Source: Octopus sinensis (taxonomy: Eukaryota). From it: 64,000 bases of DNA. A program made the translations under genes and the position numbers. The stretch is taken from contig NC_043003.1 in NCBI RefSeq assembly GCF_006345805.1, positions 15,066,001 to 15,130,000 on the forward strand, in the 5' to 3' direction. The notes beneath the pieces are model-generated. The model saw only the letters and a list, made by a program, of their open reading frames with translations. It was not told the origin of the DNA and made no database searches. Positions within the stretch are counted from its first letter, which is position 1, and every line of letters begins with the position of its first letter. Of the stretch, positions 1 through 12,424 are shown in pieces.

Positions 1-459
1 TCTCAAACAGCTAGAAATAACAACCAAATCCGTCCCAAACTGCTAGAAATAATAACCAAATCTGTCTCAAACTGCTATAAATAACACATGCTCAAAGTGT
101 CATGCCATGGGATTGAACCTGAAACTAAGTAAGCTTCTTAACCACACAACCAGAACAAAAAAAAAGGAGGGATGGTCGTGGCCGGAACAATTATAACGAC
201 CGCTACTACAATTACTATAGATGTAGTTATAATGTTTATGCCGACGGCGGAGGTGGACTGTGGTTGTGGCCGAGGTGGTGAAGTAACGAAGCTGAGATGA
301 ACTTTTAACGTAACTTTAATGTTTAATTAAAGGGACGCTACTCGTATCGACTATTTCTTGGGCGTGCACACACGCAAGAAAAAAAAGAAACACTCGACTT
401 TCTTTAGCGCCTGTCGTATAACGAATATAGGAAGGGGGCTGTACTTTAAAAGACGGGGG

Positions 460-750
460 ACACAAGAAGAAGGAGAAGAAGAACAACAACAACAACAACA
501 ACAATAATAATAATAAATAAGACGAAAAGAAGAAGGAGAAGAAGGGGAAGAAGAAGAAGGAGAAGAAGGGGAAGAATAAGAAGGGGAAGAAGAAGAAGGA
601 AGAGAAGAAGGAGAAGAAGGGGAAGAAGAAGAAGAAGAAGAAGAAGAAGAAGAAGAAGAAGAAGAAGAAGAAGAACAACAACAACAACAACCAGAAGAAG
701 AAGAACAAGAAGAAGAAGAAGAAAAAGAACAGCAACAACAACAAGACGAA
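460..750. repeat. (GAA)n/(CAA)n compound microsatellite
   Basis: Directly visible. Confidence 0.95.
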
Positions 751-1559
751 GTTATTGTCTGTCAAAAGACTTCTATATTTGAATGGAATCAACAACTGCT
801 ATGAACGGACTCCGTCTCTCTGAACAACAATATTTGCAGCTGTCGATTAAATTCTAAGAACAGGTATTGAAACCTGCACTTCAACAAGTAGAGGTTTTAG
901 ATTAGAGAACTAAAAATACACGACAACCATCCGTTGAAGCAGCCTCGCTTGGTTTGTTTAAGTTATAAAATAGAAATACCTATTTCTTTACTACCCACAA
1001 AGGGCTAACCACAGAGAGGACAAACAAGGACAGACAAAGAGATTAAGTCGATTACATCGACCCCAGTGCGTAACTGGTACTTAATTTATCAACCCCGAAA
1101 GGATGAAAGGCAAAGGCGACCTCAGCGGAATTTGAACTCAGAACGTAACGGCAGACGAAATACCTATTTCTTTACTACCCACAAGGGGCTAAACATAGAG
1201 GGGACAAACAATGACAGACAAAGGGATTAAGTCGATTACATAGACATCAGTGCGTAACTGGTACTTAATTTATCGACCCCGAAAGGATGAAAGGCAAAGT
1301 CGACCTCGGTGGAATTTGAACTCGGGACGTAACGACAGACGAAATATGGCTACGCATTTCGCCCGGCGTGCTAACGTTTCTGCCAGCTCGCCTTCTATAT
1401 AATATAGAAATAGCAACCAAATTTCCCTCATGTGACAGCGTAGTGTTTTGTGGGGAGATGGGGAAAAAAAAACGAAAAAAAGAAAGAAAGAAAGCAGATA
1501 TGGACAATGTGTTGTAAAACTCTCTTTAAAATACCTGCGATTTATCTATCACAATATCT

Positions 1560-1640
<81 letters not shown>

Positions 1641-1723
1641 ATTACATATATATAATATTGTATATACATATATGTATGTATATATATATAATATTTATAT
1701 TATATATTTATTATATATATATG

Positions 1724-1802
<79 letters not shown>

Positions 1803-2309
1803 GTTGGTTTGTAACTTAAATTCTCATAAAACTAAATTATATTATGTAGTATTATAAAATAAAAGCTAGGTGCTTGTAACACGACAGATCATCGCCATCG
1901 TCAACAGCAACAACAACTAACGTATTTATAACAGAGAAGAATATAAGAATGTATAAATTTAGTAGAAAACCAAGAGAATATTATATATAATAGATAGTTT
2001 TGAGTGACGAATACAATAGTTGATAGTATACTATAATATATTATATTAGTTTTTGATATTGTATTTTATATAAAATATATTGATAAAGGATAAAAAAATA
2101 ATAAATAAAAGAAAAACTATTTTATGTTTGAATTTAGAAATCATAATTGCGTTGGAAGGGTGTGATGTTAGGAAGGGCATCCAACCGTAAAAAAAAGGGA
2201 AAAAAGATGTGCTAAAATGAGACAGTGGAGGTCGGTGCAGTCTTCGGGCTTTCTTAGGGTCCTGTCGAACCCCCCCAGAACAACTCGTGCTAGCAGGAAA
2301 GACAGATGT

Positions 2310-2770
2310 TAAGTGGTGGTGGTGGTGGTGGTGGTGAGGGGGAGGGGACGATATGAGGAGGAGGGGGGATGATGATAGTAATGAGGGTGAAGAGGAGGAG
2401 AAGGGTGGTGGTGTTGATGATGATGTTGAAGAAGTGGAGAAGGGTGGTGGTGGTTGTGATGATGGTGAGGAGGAAAAGGAGGATGGTGGTGGCGATGATG
2501 GTGGTGTTGGTGGTGGTGGTGGTGGTGATGATGATGAGGATGAGGAGGAGGAGGGGAGGAGAGGAAAAGGAGGATGGTGGCGATGATGGTGGTGTTGGTG
2601 GTGGTGGTGGTGGTGGTGGTGGTGATGATAATGAGGAGGAGGAGGAGAGGAAAAGGAGGATGGTGGTGGTGTTGGTGGTGGTGTTGGTGGTGGTGGTGAT
2701 GATGATGATGAGGAGGAGGAGGAGAGGAAAAGGAGGATGGTGGTAGTGGTGGTGGTGGTGATAATGATGA
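2310..2770. repeat. (GGT/GAT/GAG)n compound repeat with repeated sub-blocks
   Basis: The block gaggagaggaaaaggaggatggtgg recurs three times. Confidence 0.9.
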
Positions 2771-3769
2771 TTACAATAAACAAACCTAGGTGTGACTGTG
2801 TGATTAAAAAGTTCACTTTACTGCCATGTAGTTTTGAGATTTGGGGTTCAATCCCAGTATAAGGCACCTTGGTAGGCAAAAACTGAAACTCATTATATAG
2901 ATTTGTAAACACATATATATATGTGTATGTGTGTGTGTGTGTTTATGTTTGTGTTTCTGTTTGTTCCCCCAGTGTTGGTTTGTTTATGTTCCTGTAACTT
3001 AGCAGTTTGATCAAAGAGACCAATAGAATAAGTACCTGGCTTTAAAATTTGTTTTAAAGTCTTGGGGGTTGATTCATTCAACTGAACTCCTCAAGGTGGT
3101 GCCCCAGCATGGACGCGGTCCAATTACGGAAACAAATAAACGATGCAAATAAGGAAACGATATCCTTTTCTACTCTAGGCACAAGGCCCGGAATTTTGGG
3201 GCGAGGGGGCCAGTTGATTAGATCAACCCCAGTGCGCAACTGGTACTTAATTTATTGACCCCAGAAGGATGAAAGGTAAGGTCAACCTCAGCAGAATTTG
3301 AACTCAGAACGTAAAGACAGACGAAATACCACTAAGCATTTTGCCCGGTGTGCTTACGTTTCTGTCTGCTTGCCGCCTTATAAGGCAAAGATATAATAAA
3401 AATGAGGGGAGAAAAACTTTGCAATATTCACAGAGCATTTAAACTGACCATAGCTGGCCTAAATATTTCAGCTATTCTATAACCAAACTGACCAGATCTG
3501 ATCTGTCACACCTAACCTGCAATGTCGTTCAAAAAATAAGCAATCACATCATCGAAATCTCATAGCTATGAGGTAACGCATGCTTAATTCATAACAATGT
3601 AAATAAATAAACAATCAATAGGAATGAAATATTTTGAGAAACAGACAGGGTGGTCACGGATGGAACATTTCAGTAGCACTGTGTGCACCTAGAGCCTCGG
3701 GTCACCCAAAGCCTTGTGAGTGGATTTGGTAGATGGAAACTAAGAGAAGCTCACTGTAAAAAGCATTGA

Positions 3770-3972
3770 TGTTGTTACTGGTGCCACATAAAAAGCTCTC
3801 ATGCTGGTGTCGCATAAAAAACAATGGTGCTGGTGCCACACAAAAAGTACTGGTGCTGTTACCACATAAAAGCACTGGTGCTGGTGCCACATAAAAAGCA
3901 GTGGTGATGGTGCCACGAAAAAAGTACTGTTGCTGGTGCCATGTGAAAAGCAGTTGTGCTAGTGCCACATAA
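3770..3972. repeat. About 21-23-bp minisatellite (ggtgccacataaaaagca core); inverted counterpart at about 5020-5300
   Basis: About 8 units here and about 12 reverse-complement units in the other arm. Confidence 0.8.
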
Positions 3973-3974
3973 AA

Positions 3975-4262
3975 TGAGAATATTTGAAATAAACTCGACT
4001 GCTCTCACAAACAAGAATACTAAAAATGAACCCGACCGCTCTCAAAAATTAAGTGAAAAAACAGGAATAATAATCTAGAATCCTCGTCCGGTACAGGATC
4101 GATGCCAAAATCTAATCAGTTCATGCCAATCATGAGGCCAAACATCCCTGAAAGTTTCATCTATATTCATCCAGCAGTTCTTGAGATATCTTGTCCACGG
4201 ACAAGCAAACAAACAAACACAATTGAAAACAATACCTCCACCTTCACTAAAGCGGAAGTAAT
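3975..4262 (+). mobile_element. Helentron-associated (HINE/DINE-like) repeat, tentative
   Basis: Internal (CAAA)n and an imperfect terminal stem-loop tacctccacc..agcggaagta; a partial inverted copy lies at 4826-5020. Confidence 0.4.
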
Positions 4263-5934
4263 AAATAAGCATTACATTTGACAGAGTAATCTGAATGCTA
4301 AAGGATTCAGGTAGCAAACTGGCAGAATCGTTAACATGGCTGGCAAAATGATTAGCAGAATTTTGGCCATCTTCACATTCTGAATTCAACTTTGCTTTTC
4401 ATCCTTTCAGGATGAAGACAAGATGAAACATAAAAGACAATGAATGGGTAAAATTCTACCAATCGATGTAGGAGTGGCTATGTGGTAAGTAGCTTTCTTA
4501 CGAACCACATGGTTCTAGGTTCAGTTCCCCTGTGTGGCACCTTGGGCAAGTATCTTCTACTATAGCCTTGTGAGTGGATTTGATAGATGGAAACTGTAAA
4601 GAAGCCTGTCGTATATCATCATTTAATATCCATTTTTCCATGCTGGTATAGCTTGAACAGTTTGACAGGAATGGCAAGGCCAGAGGCTGCACCAGATTCC
4701 ACAATCTGTTTTGGCATGGTTTCTACAGCTGGATGCCCTTCCTAACACCAACCATTTTACAGAATATACTGGGTGCTTTTTACATGGCACCATTGCTTTT
4801 TATGTGGCACCAGTACCAATGATTTTGGATTCGGATGAAACTTCCAGGAATGTTTGGCCACATGATTGGCATGAACTGATTAGATTTCAGCATCGATCCG
4901 ATACTGGAAAAGGATTCAAGATTATTATTTCTGCTTTTTTACTTAATTTTTGAGAGTGGTCGGGTTCATTTTTAGTATTCTTGTTTGAAAAAGCAGTCAA
5001 GTTTATTTCAAATATTCTCATTTTATGTGGCACCAGCACCACTACTTTTTACGAGGCACCAGCACTACTGCTTTTTATGTGGCACTATTACCAATAATTT
5101 TTATGTGATCCCGGCACCACTGCTTTTTATGTGGCACCAGCACCACTGCTTTTTACATGATACCATTACCACTGCTTTTTACGTGGCACCATTCACTGAG
5201 GATTTTTTATGTGACACCATTACTGAGGATTTTTATGTGGCACCAGCACTAGTGCTTTTTATGTGACACCAACATGAGAGCTTTTTACGTGGCACCAATA
5301 CCAACATCAATGCTTTTTACAATGAGCTTCTTTCAGTTTCTATCTACCAAATCCACTCACAAGGCTTTGGGTGACCCTAAACACTAGGTGCACACAGTGC
5401 TACTGAAATGTTCCATCCATGACCACCCTGTCTGTTTCTCAAAATATTTCATTCCTATTGATTACCAAGAAGTCAATTTATTTTCTCCATCTGACTATTT
5501 TCATAAAAAAGAAAACTATTAATTGCAACCCATTAATGGATACATTTCGAAAAGCAAAGGGAAAAAAAAATATCATGGTATCAATCTTATTTATCCCATT
5601 TTCATGTGATAAATAGATATTGATTTTTTTTTTGTCCTGTTTTTTTTTTTTACTAGAAACAAGGCTAATAAATATTGATTGATTGGATATTGATTTCAGC
5701 TACAGGAACAAGATATCTGACATCAGCTGATTGAATATCGAATAATTCGTCATACCACCCTCCTCTTACCCTACTCTCCCCCCCCTGTTCTGCTCTTTCC
5801 ATATAAATTACTGCATGATGTAAATGGCGGATGGGGCTGAGGGGTGGGGGTGGGGGAGTGGGACCACTCTGTCTTGTTTTGTTTTTTGTTTTTTTGTTTT
5901 ATTTTCGTTTTGTATTTTTTTATTCTGTTTTTGC

Positions 5935-6880
5935 TCCTTCCCCTCCCTCCCCTTCTCTTTCCCCTCAGCTTCCACTCGTTCCTCTAAACCAATCTCAACT
6001 TACAGAGTGCTAATGATATTGATAAATCACAACCATCGCCTCACACTCCACCACGTCCTCCCCTCTCTCCAACCCTCCTCCTCCTCCTCTTCCTTTTCCT
6101 CTTTTTCCTCCCCTTCTGCCTCCTCCTTCTCATCATCATCATCCCTCCTCCCCCTCCCTCACCTTCTTCCCCTTTCTCCTCCTTCTCCTCATTCTCCCTT
6201 CCTCTCTCTCTCATCTTCTTCATCTTTCTCCTCGCTCTCTCGCCTCTCTCTCCTCTCTCTCCTCTTCATCTTCCAGCTCTCCCTCCTCTCCTTCCTCTCC
6301 CTCTCCTCCCTCCCATCTCCTCTTCCTTCTGCTTCCTCCACTTCTTCCTTTTTTCTTCTCCTCCTCCTCCTCCTCAACTTCCTCAACTTCCCCCTCCACC
6401 TCTCCCCCTCCTTCTCTTCTTCGTTCTCTTCTGCTTCCTCCTCTTCTTCTTTTTTTCTTCCTTCTTCCTCCTCCCCATCCCCTCCCTCTCCTTCTCCTCT
6501 TCCTTTCTTCTACTTCCTCCTCGTCTTCCTTTTCTTCCTCTTCCTCAACTTCCTCCTCCACCTCTCCCTCCCCTCCCTCCTTCTCCTTTTCCTTCTCTTC
6601 TGCTTCCTCATCTTCCTCATCTTCCTCCTCTACTGCTTCCTCCACTCCCTTATCCTCTTCCTACTCTTCTTCCTCCTCCTCGTCTACCTCATCTTCCTCC
6701 TCCACTGCTCCCTCCCTTCCCTCCTTCTCCTCTTCCCTGTCTTCTACTTCTTCCTCTTCTTCCTTTCCTTCTTCCTCCTCAACTTCCTCCTCCACCTCTC
6801 CCTCCCCTCCCTCCTTCTCCTCTTCCTTCTCTTCTGCTTACACCTCTTCTTCCTTTTCTTCCTCTCCCTCCTCCTCCTCA
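5935..6880. repeat. About 950-bp polypyrimidine (CCT/CTT) tract with internal duplications
   Basis: ttcctcaacttcctcctccacctctccctcccctccctcc recurs at about 6540 and 6775. Confidence 0.92.
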
Positions 6881-7261
6881 TTAAAAATTCTTCCAAGACC
6901 AAGACTCAGAGGCAGTCACAGCTGACTGATTCAATAGAGCGGCTGGACAACCCAGCTAAAGAATCAACGATTCACATCTTACAACTGATGATGGTGCCGT
7001 GTTGCATACATCTCCAGTAGCATGTATCCCTCGTTGTAGTGGGTGGGCATAGCTCACAGCTACAGGCAGTGGGAAGACTAACAAATCGACAGGTATTCTG
7101 TCTTTTTTTCCATTATTTCCATTATTTACATTCAACGGATATTTGTCCTCATCTTGTTTGTTGTTAACACGTTTCAGCTGATATACCCTCCAGCTTTCAT
7201 CAGGTGTCTTGGGGAAATTTCAAACCTGGGTTCTCATTCCTAAGGTATTTTTCAATGTTGC

Positions 7262-7295
<34 letters not shown>

Positions 7296-7300
7296 TATCA

Positions 7301-7386
7301 GACATATGGCATATTGGTTAAGAGCGCGGGCTACCAACCCCAAGATTCCGAGTTCGATTCCAGGCAGTGATCTGAATAACATAATG

Positions 7387-7422
<36 letters not shown>

Positions 7423-7650
7423 TGATGATAATAACAACAATAACAACAACAATATCGAAAAATACCTTAGGAATGAGAACCCAGGTTCAAAATTTCCCCA
7501 AGACACCTGATGAAGGCTGGAAAGTTTATCAGCGGAAATGTTGTGTTAACAACAAACAAGATGAGGACAAATATCTGTTGAATGTAAATAATGTAAATAA
7601 CGTAAATAATGTATATAGTTCCTCATCTCTTAAATATAGAACTGTCTTTT
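7301..7650 (+). mobile_element. tRNA-derived SINE with (AAT)n spacer and hammerhead-containing tail
   Basis: A box TGGCATATTGG at 7307-7317, B box GAGTTCGATTCC at 7350-7361, GGG-CTACCAA-CCC anticodon-like loop, hammerhead core at 7502-7547, tandem (AATGTAAAT)-like tail. Confidence 0.75.
7502..7547 (+). ncRNA. Minimal type I hammerhead ribozyme motif, partly degenerate
   Basis: Stem I GACAC/GTGTT, CTGATGA, stem II GGCTG/CAGCG (terminal G:G mismatch), GAAA, TG-TT at the cleavage site. Confidence 0.6.
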
Positions 7651-8770
7651 TTTGTTTGCCATTACAAAGTTTAACTCACTTGCTATCAAGCTAATAAGGA
7701 AACCACCTTCATAACCATGAGACCTGCTAGAAATAGCAACCGAATCCCTGTTCTATGAAAGAAGTAGTTGAAGGGGTAATCTGTTGCAAAGTACTTGGTG
7801 AACTCACCAGAGCTGATGCCATGAAAATGGGGGGTTTGCATTAGGAAGGGCATCCTGCTGTTGAGTCCATGCCAAAGCAGACATTGGAACTCAGAAGAGT
7901 CTTTTGGGCCTGCCAGTTACTGACAACATAGAAAATGGGGTGTTAAAAGATGATGATGGGAGGGGGTGAAGATGATGATGATGATGGTGGTGGTGGTGGT
8001 GATGATGACACTGAGGAGGAGGGGGCGAAAGAGGAGGAGGAGGAAGACAATGACAACCACTGCAATGATGATAATGATGATGATGATGATGATGTGATGA
8101 GGAGGAAGGAAAAGAGGAGGGGAGGACAACAACAACAATGATGACAATAACAGCAATGATGATGATAGCGATGAGGATGAGGATAACGATGACAACAGCA
8201 GTAATGATGATGATGATAGTGATGATGATGATAATAATCATTGTCATCATCATGGTAGTGATGACAACAACAACAGCAATGATAACAATGACGACGAACA
8301 CAACGGTGATGATGACGATGACGATGACGATGACGATGATGATGATGATGATGAGGAGGATGCTGATGATAGAGAGAAGTTATATCTATAAAAAAAAAAT
8401 CAGGCATGATAGTCATGAACAGAACACCTTTCATCATAGATTTGAGCACAGTAGAATTTCCCCGCTCCCTCTCTCTCTCTACTTCTCCTCTCTCTCTCTC
8501 TACCTCTCCCTCTTCCTCTCCCTGTGTCTCAGAAAATCCTTTGAGTTCATGAAGAATGTGCAATCTACGAAGTCTGCCCTTTGCTCTAACAGAACCAAAA
8601 TGTGGGAACAGATGAGTTATACATTCATCTTTCTGTCCTGTCACCACATGAATTGCTCCTATCAACAAAAATTTCGGGAAAAGAATTTATTGGAAGCATT
8701 TAAGGAATTCAACTTAAAGATTAGACTTAACAAAAACACCATTGACTTTCATGGTATCATATTGGTATCA

Positions 8771-9187
8771 AAGGCGGCGAGCTGGCAGAATCGTTAGCAC
8801 GCATGGCGAAATGCTTAGCGGTATTTCGTCTACCATTATGTTCTGAGTTCAAATTCTGCCAAGGTCAACTTTGCCTTTCATCCTTTCAGGGTCAATAAAT
8901 TAAGTACCAGTTACGCACTGGAGTCGATGTAATCGATTTTATCCGTTTGTCTGTCTTTTTCTGTCCCCTCTGTGTTTAGCCCCTTGTAGGTAGTAAAGAA
9001 ATAGGTATTTCGTCTGCCGCTACGTTCTGAGTTCAAATTCCGCCGAGGTCGACTTTGCCTTTCATCCTTTCAGGGTCGATTAAGTAAGTTCCAGTTACGC
9101 ACTGGGGTTGATATAATTGACTTAATCCGTTTGTCTGTACTTGTTTGTCCCCTCTGTGTTTAGCCCCTTGTGGGTAATAAAGAAATA
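8771..9187 (+). mobile_element. tRNA-derived SINE family A, partial dimer
   Basis: Head ggcggcgagctggcagaa, B box gagttcaaattc, tail gtagtaaagaaataggt; 18-bp TSD GGTATCATATTGGTATCA at 8753-8770 and 9188-9205. Other family A copies: about 975-1392(-), 3160-3378(-), 38660-39120, 52900-53100, 53335-53620(-), 54185-54416, 63460-63923. Confidence 0.85.
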
Positions 9188-9272
9188 GGTATCATATTGG
9201 TATCATATCAGACAGAAAAAGGGAAAAACAAAAAATTGTTAAGTATAATTCTTTATAAAAAATATTCCCCCT

Positions 9273-9303
<31 letters not shown>

Positions 9304-9879
9304 ACACACGTATGCGTGCCAAAAAGAAAAAAAAGAAAGAAAGAAAGAAATACTACGTGTTATTAAAAATTCTAACCACCCACCTACAATCATAAAGAAT
9401 CTAGTGTACAACAGCAGCAGGAGAAAATCCAATATATTCTCTGTTAAAATAAATATTGAATTAGGTTTGTACAATTACTACAATACCGCACTAAAACAAA
9501 ATAGATTTTAACAACAACTGCAATGCATAAAAAAAAACATCAACGACAACAACAACCTAAACACACAAAGAACAATTAAAAAAAGAGAGAAAGAAATATT
9601 ATTTTCTAGTCGTGACCATCTTGTGTTTCTTTGGGGTTTTTTTTTAGGTTTTTTTTGTTTTTTTTTATTATTTTTTTTTTCTTGCTGATTCAGTGTATCT
9701 AGAAATTATATTATCCAATATTCAATTCTCTTTTGTGTTTTTAAAAAAAAAAAAAATTTTTGATATAGTAGGATGTGTTAGGGGTGGTGGTAGTGGTGGT
9801 TGGTGTATTGGCAGAATCATTAAAGTGCCGGACAAAATGCATTGCGGTATTTCTTCTGCCCTTAAAAATTGTTAACCTT

Positions 9880-10085
9880 CTTCATCATCATCATTTAACG
9901 TCCGCTTTCCATGCTAGCATGGGTTGGACGGTTCGACTGGGATCTGGAAAGCCAGGAGGCTGCACCAGGCCCCAATCTGATCTGGCAATGTTTCTACAGC
10001 ATGATGCCCTTCCTAACGCCAACCACTCAGTGAGTGTAGTGGGTGCTTTTTACGTGCTACTGGCACAGGGGCCAACGGACGCTGG
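9880..10085 (+). mobile_element. SINE-like family D fragment
   Basis: catcatcatttaacgtccgctttccatgc..gatgcccttcctaacgccaacc recurs at about 4615-4820, 30600-30860(-), 40850-41010(-) and 2140-2310(-). Confidence 0.65.
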
Positions 10086-10305
10086 CAAATGGCCAAACTT
10101 TTAAAAACAATATGGTAGGGTGTATTTGAGAGGATGGGCAGATTAGTGAAATAGTTAGAGGCTTTAGACAAAATACTTTGTTGTATTTGTTCCAGCCCTT
10201 TACATTCTGAGTTCAAATTCCATCGCGGTCAGCATTGCCTTTCATCTTACTAAGGTCAATAAGATAAAGTACCAGTCATGTCATGTGTTGTATGCTTTCA
10301 TAGTT

Positions 10306-10803
10306 AGATGATCCAGGCAGATGACCCAAGCAGACAGCCCAGGTGAACGACTCAGGCAGATGGCCCAGGTAGATAACCCAAGAAGATGGCCCAGGCAGAT
10401 GGCCCAGACATACGATGCAGGCAAATAGCCAAGGCAGACAGCTCAGACAGATGACCCAGGTGGATGGCCCAGGCAGACTGTCCAGGCAAACAACTCAGGC
10501 AGACAGCCCAAGTAGATGACTGAAGAGGATGGCCCAGACAGACGACCCAAATAGATGACCCAAACAGATAGCCCAGACAGACGCCAGACATGGCCCAAAC
10601 TGCTCAGGTAGATGATCCAGACAGATGACCCGAGCAGACAGCCCAGGTAAATGACTGAGGCAGAATGGCCCAGGTAAATGACTGAGGCAGAATGGCCCAG
10701 GTAGATAACCCAAGAGGATGGTCCAGGCAGATGGCCCAGACTGACAGCCCAGACAGACAGCCCAGGCAGATGGTAGAGGCAAGATGGCCTGGGACAGATG
10801 ACC
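10306..10803. repeat. 13-bp minisatellite, about 38 degenerate copies
   Basis: Unit cccaggcagatgg and variants. Confidence 0.88.
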
Positions 10804-11444
10804 AAGAAACTCCAATGCCACTAAGATAGTGCAATTGATTTCAAATAAGTTGAACAAACAGCATGCTTCTGTACCAAAAGTTATCTGTAATCTCACAGCA
10901 TTGTATCTCTCCCAGTCAGTATGTATTGCTGTTGTTAACTGTAAATGGCCAACACAGATTGTCTTTATCTGCAACAATAAATTCTTATGTTAAATATTTG
11001 TGAGTATTGTTCAGTTACTTCATGCAACCAAGAATCATTCGCTAACTGAACCACAGCACAGCAAACAACCAACTACAGCTACCATAGCGACAACTTGTGA
11101 GTGGATTTGGTGGACAGTTATGTGTGTGTGTATGCATGTGTGTGTGTGTGTTTTGTAAGTGTTTGTGTGTGGTATGTGTGTGTGTTTGTGTGTGTGCGTG
11201 TGTGTTTGTGTGTGTGTGTGTTGCGTGTATGCATGTGTGTGTGCGTGTATGCATGTGTGTGTGTGTTTGTGTGTGCATGTGTGTGTGTGTGTTTGTGTGT
11301 GCATGTGTGTGTGTGCATGTATCAAAAACAGAAGACTGGAAAACAACCAGCTACCATAGCCAATAGTCCCTGTGACAGAATTAAGGGCATTGATTTCCCT
11401 ATTAAGTAGAAAATCAAAAGAAAACATCAGAAAAGAGATAGCTG

Positions 11445-11900
11445 AAAAGGTCATTAGATCATTTGGTGTTTTGGGTCTTTTAGTATCAGACTCCCACCAA
11501 CCAGGTGATCCAGTTGGGTTTGGTCAAGCACCAGATTATGCCCAGTTTCCACTACCCTTGGCACCACTGCCCCTTACAAGGCTCACACCTCCTGATCAAC
11601 AACCATTTTGAGGCAGCCTCCATTGCCTCCCCATCCAACCTGATGGCCTTCTGTCTACTGGCCCCTGTATTATGCCAAGCATGTTATATACTCTGCAAAG
11701 GGACTTGACTGCAAACCCTCAGCATCCAGCCTCGATGAGATCACACCTCGCTTGTCACTAATTGCTTTAGCGTAACTCCACTAGCTCAACATATTTCCTC
11801 CTCTTACTTTTAAATGTGATCCTCCAAGGGAACAGGGAATCCTTACAGAACCATGTAGACCCCTGCTAATTTACCAAAATTTTAAACACTGCGTCCTTAA
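11445..11900 (-). mobile_element. HERO-type LINE 3' fragment, decayed
   Basis: Minus-strand pieces VPLEDH, KRRKYVELVE, CDLIEAGC*GFAVKSLCRVYNMLG, ASRQKAIRL, EAASKWLLIRR, followed by a 3' UTR. Confidence 0.75.
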
Positions 11901-11940
11901 TAATCAAAAATATAACACACATTGAGAATCTTCCCTCTCT

Positions 11941-12188
11941 TTACTCTCTCTTTTACTCTTTCACTTGCTTCAGTCATTTTGACTGTGACCATGCTGGAGC
12001 ACCGCCTTTAGTCGAGCAAATCGACCCCAGGACTTATTCTTTGTAAGCCTAGCACTTATTCTATCAGTCTCTTTTGCTGAAGCGCTAAGTTATGGGGACG
12101 TAAACACACCAGCATTGGTTGTCAAGTGATGTTGGGGGGACAAACACAGACACACAAGCATACACACACACATACATACATACATGCA

Positions 12189-12239
<51 letters not shown>

Positions 12240-12397
12240 CGGGCTTCTTTCAGTTTTCGTCTACCAAATCCACTCACAAGGTTTTGGTCAGCCTGAGGCT
12301 ATAGTAGAAGACACTTGCCCAAGGTGCCACGCAGTGGGACTGAACCCAGAACCATGTGGTTGGTAAGCAAGCTACTTACCACACAGCCACTCCTGTG
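11941..12397 (-). mobile_element. SINE family B, full length
   Basis: Reverse complement of the 50855-51251 structure. Confidence 0.85.
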
Positions 12398-12424
12398 CCT
12401 CATTAAAGTTTTTCCATACATCAC

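Noticed and set aside
310-450. CpG-richer patch as a promoter, also considered for 59905-60180
   Set aside because: Too short, with no associated transcript or exon evidence.
5824-7020. 398-aa ORF
   Set aside because: Translation of a CCT/CTT polypyrimidine tract (S/L/F/P only); no domain.
6880-7098. Possible exon ending at cag|gtattc
   Set aside because: The acceptor is ambiguous, frames contain stops, and no homology is recognised.
7301-7375. Genuine tRNA gene, also considered for the heads of SINE families A, B and C
   Set aside because: A and B boxes are present, but there is no complete acceptor stem or poly-T terminator, and each head continues into a SINE body.
8533-8770. Possible exon after a CT tract (RKSFEFMKNVQ..)
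   Set aside because: The pyrimidine tract is a microsatellite, there is no good donor, and the frame runs into a SINE.
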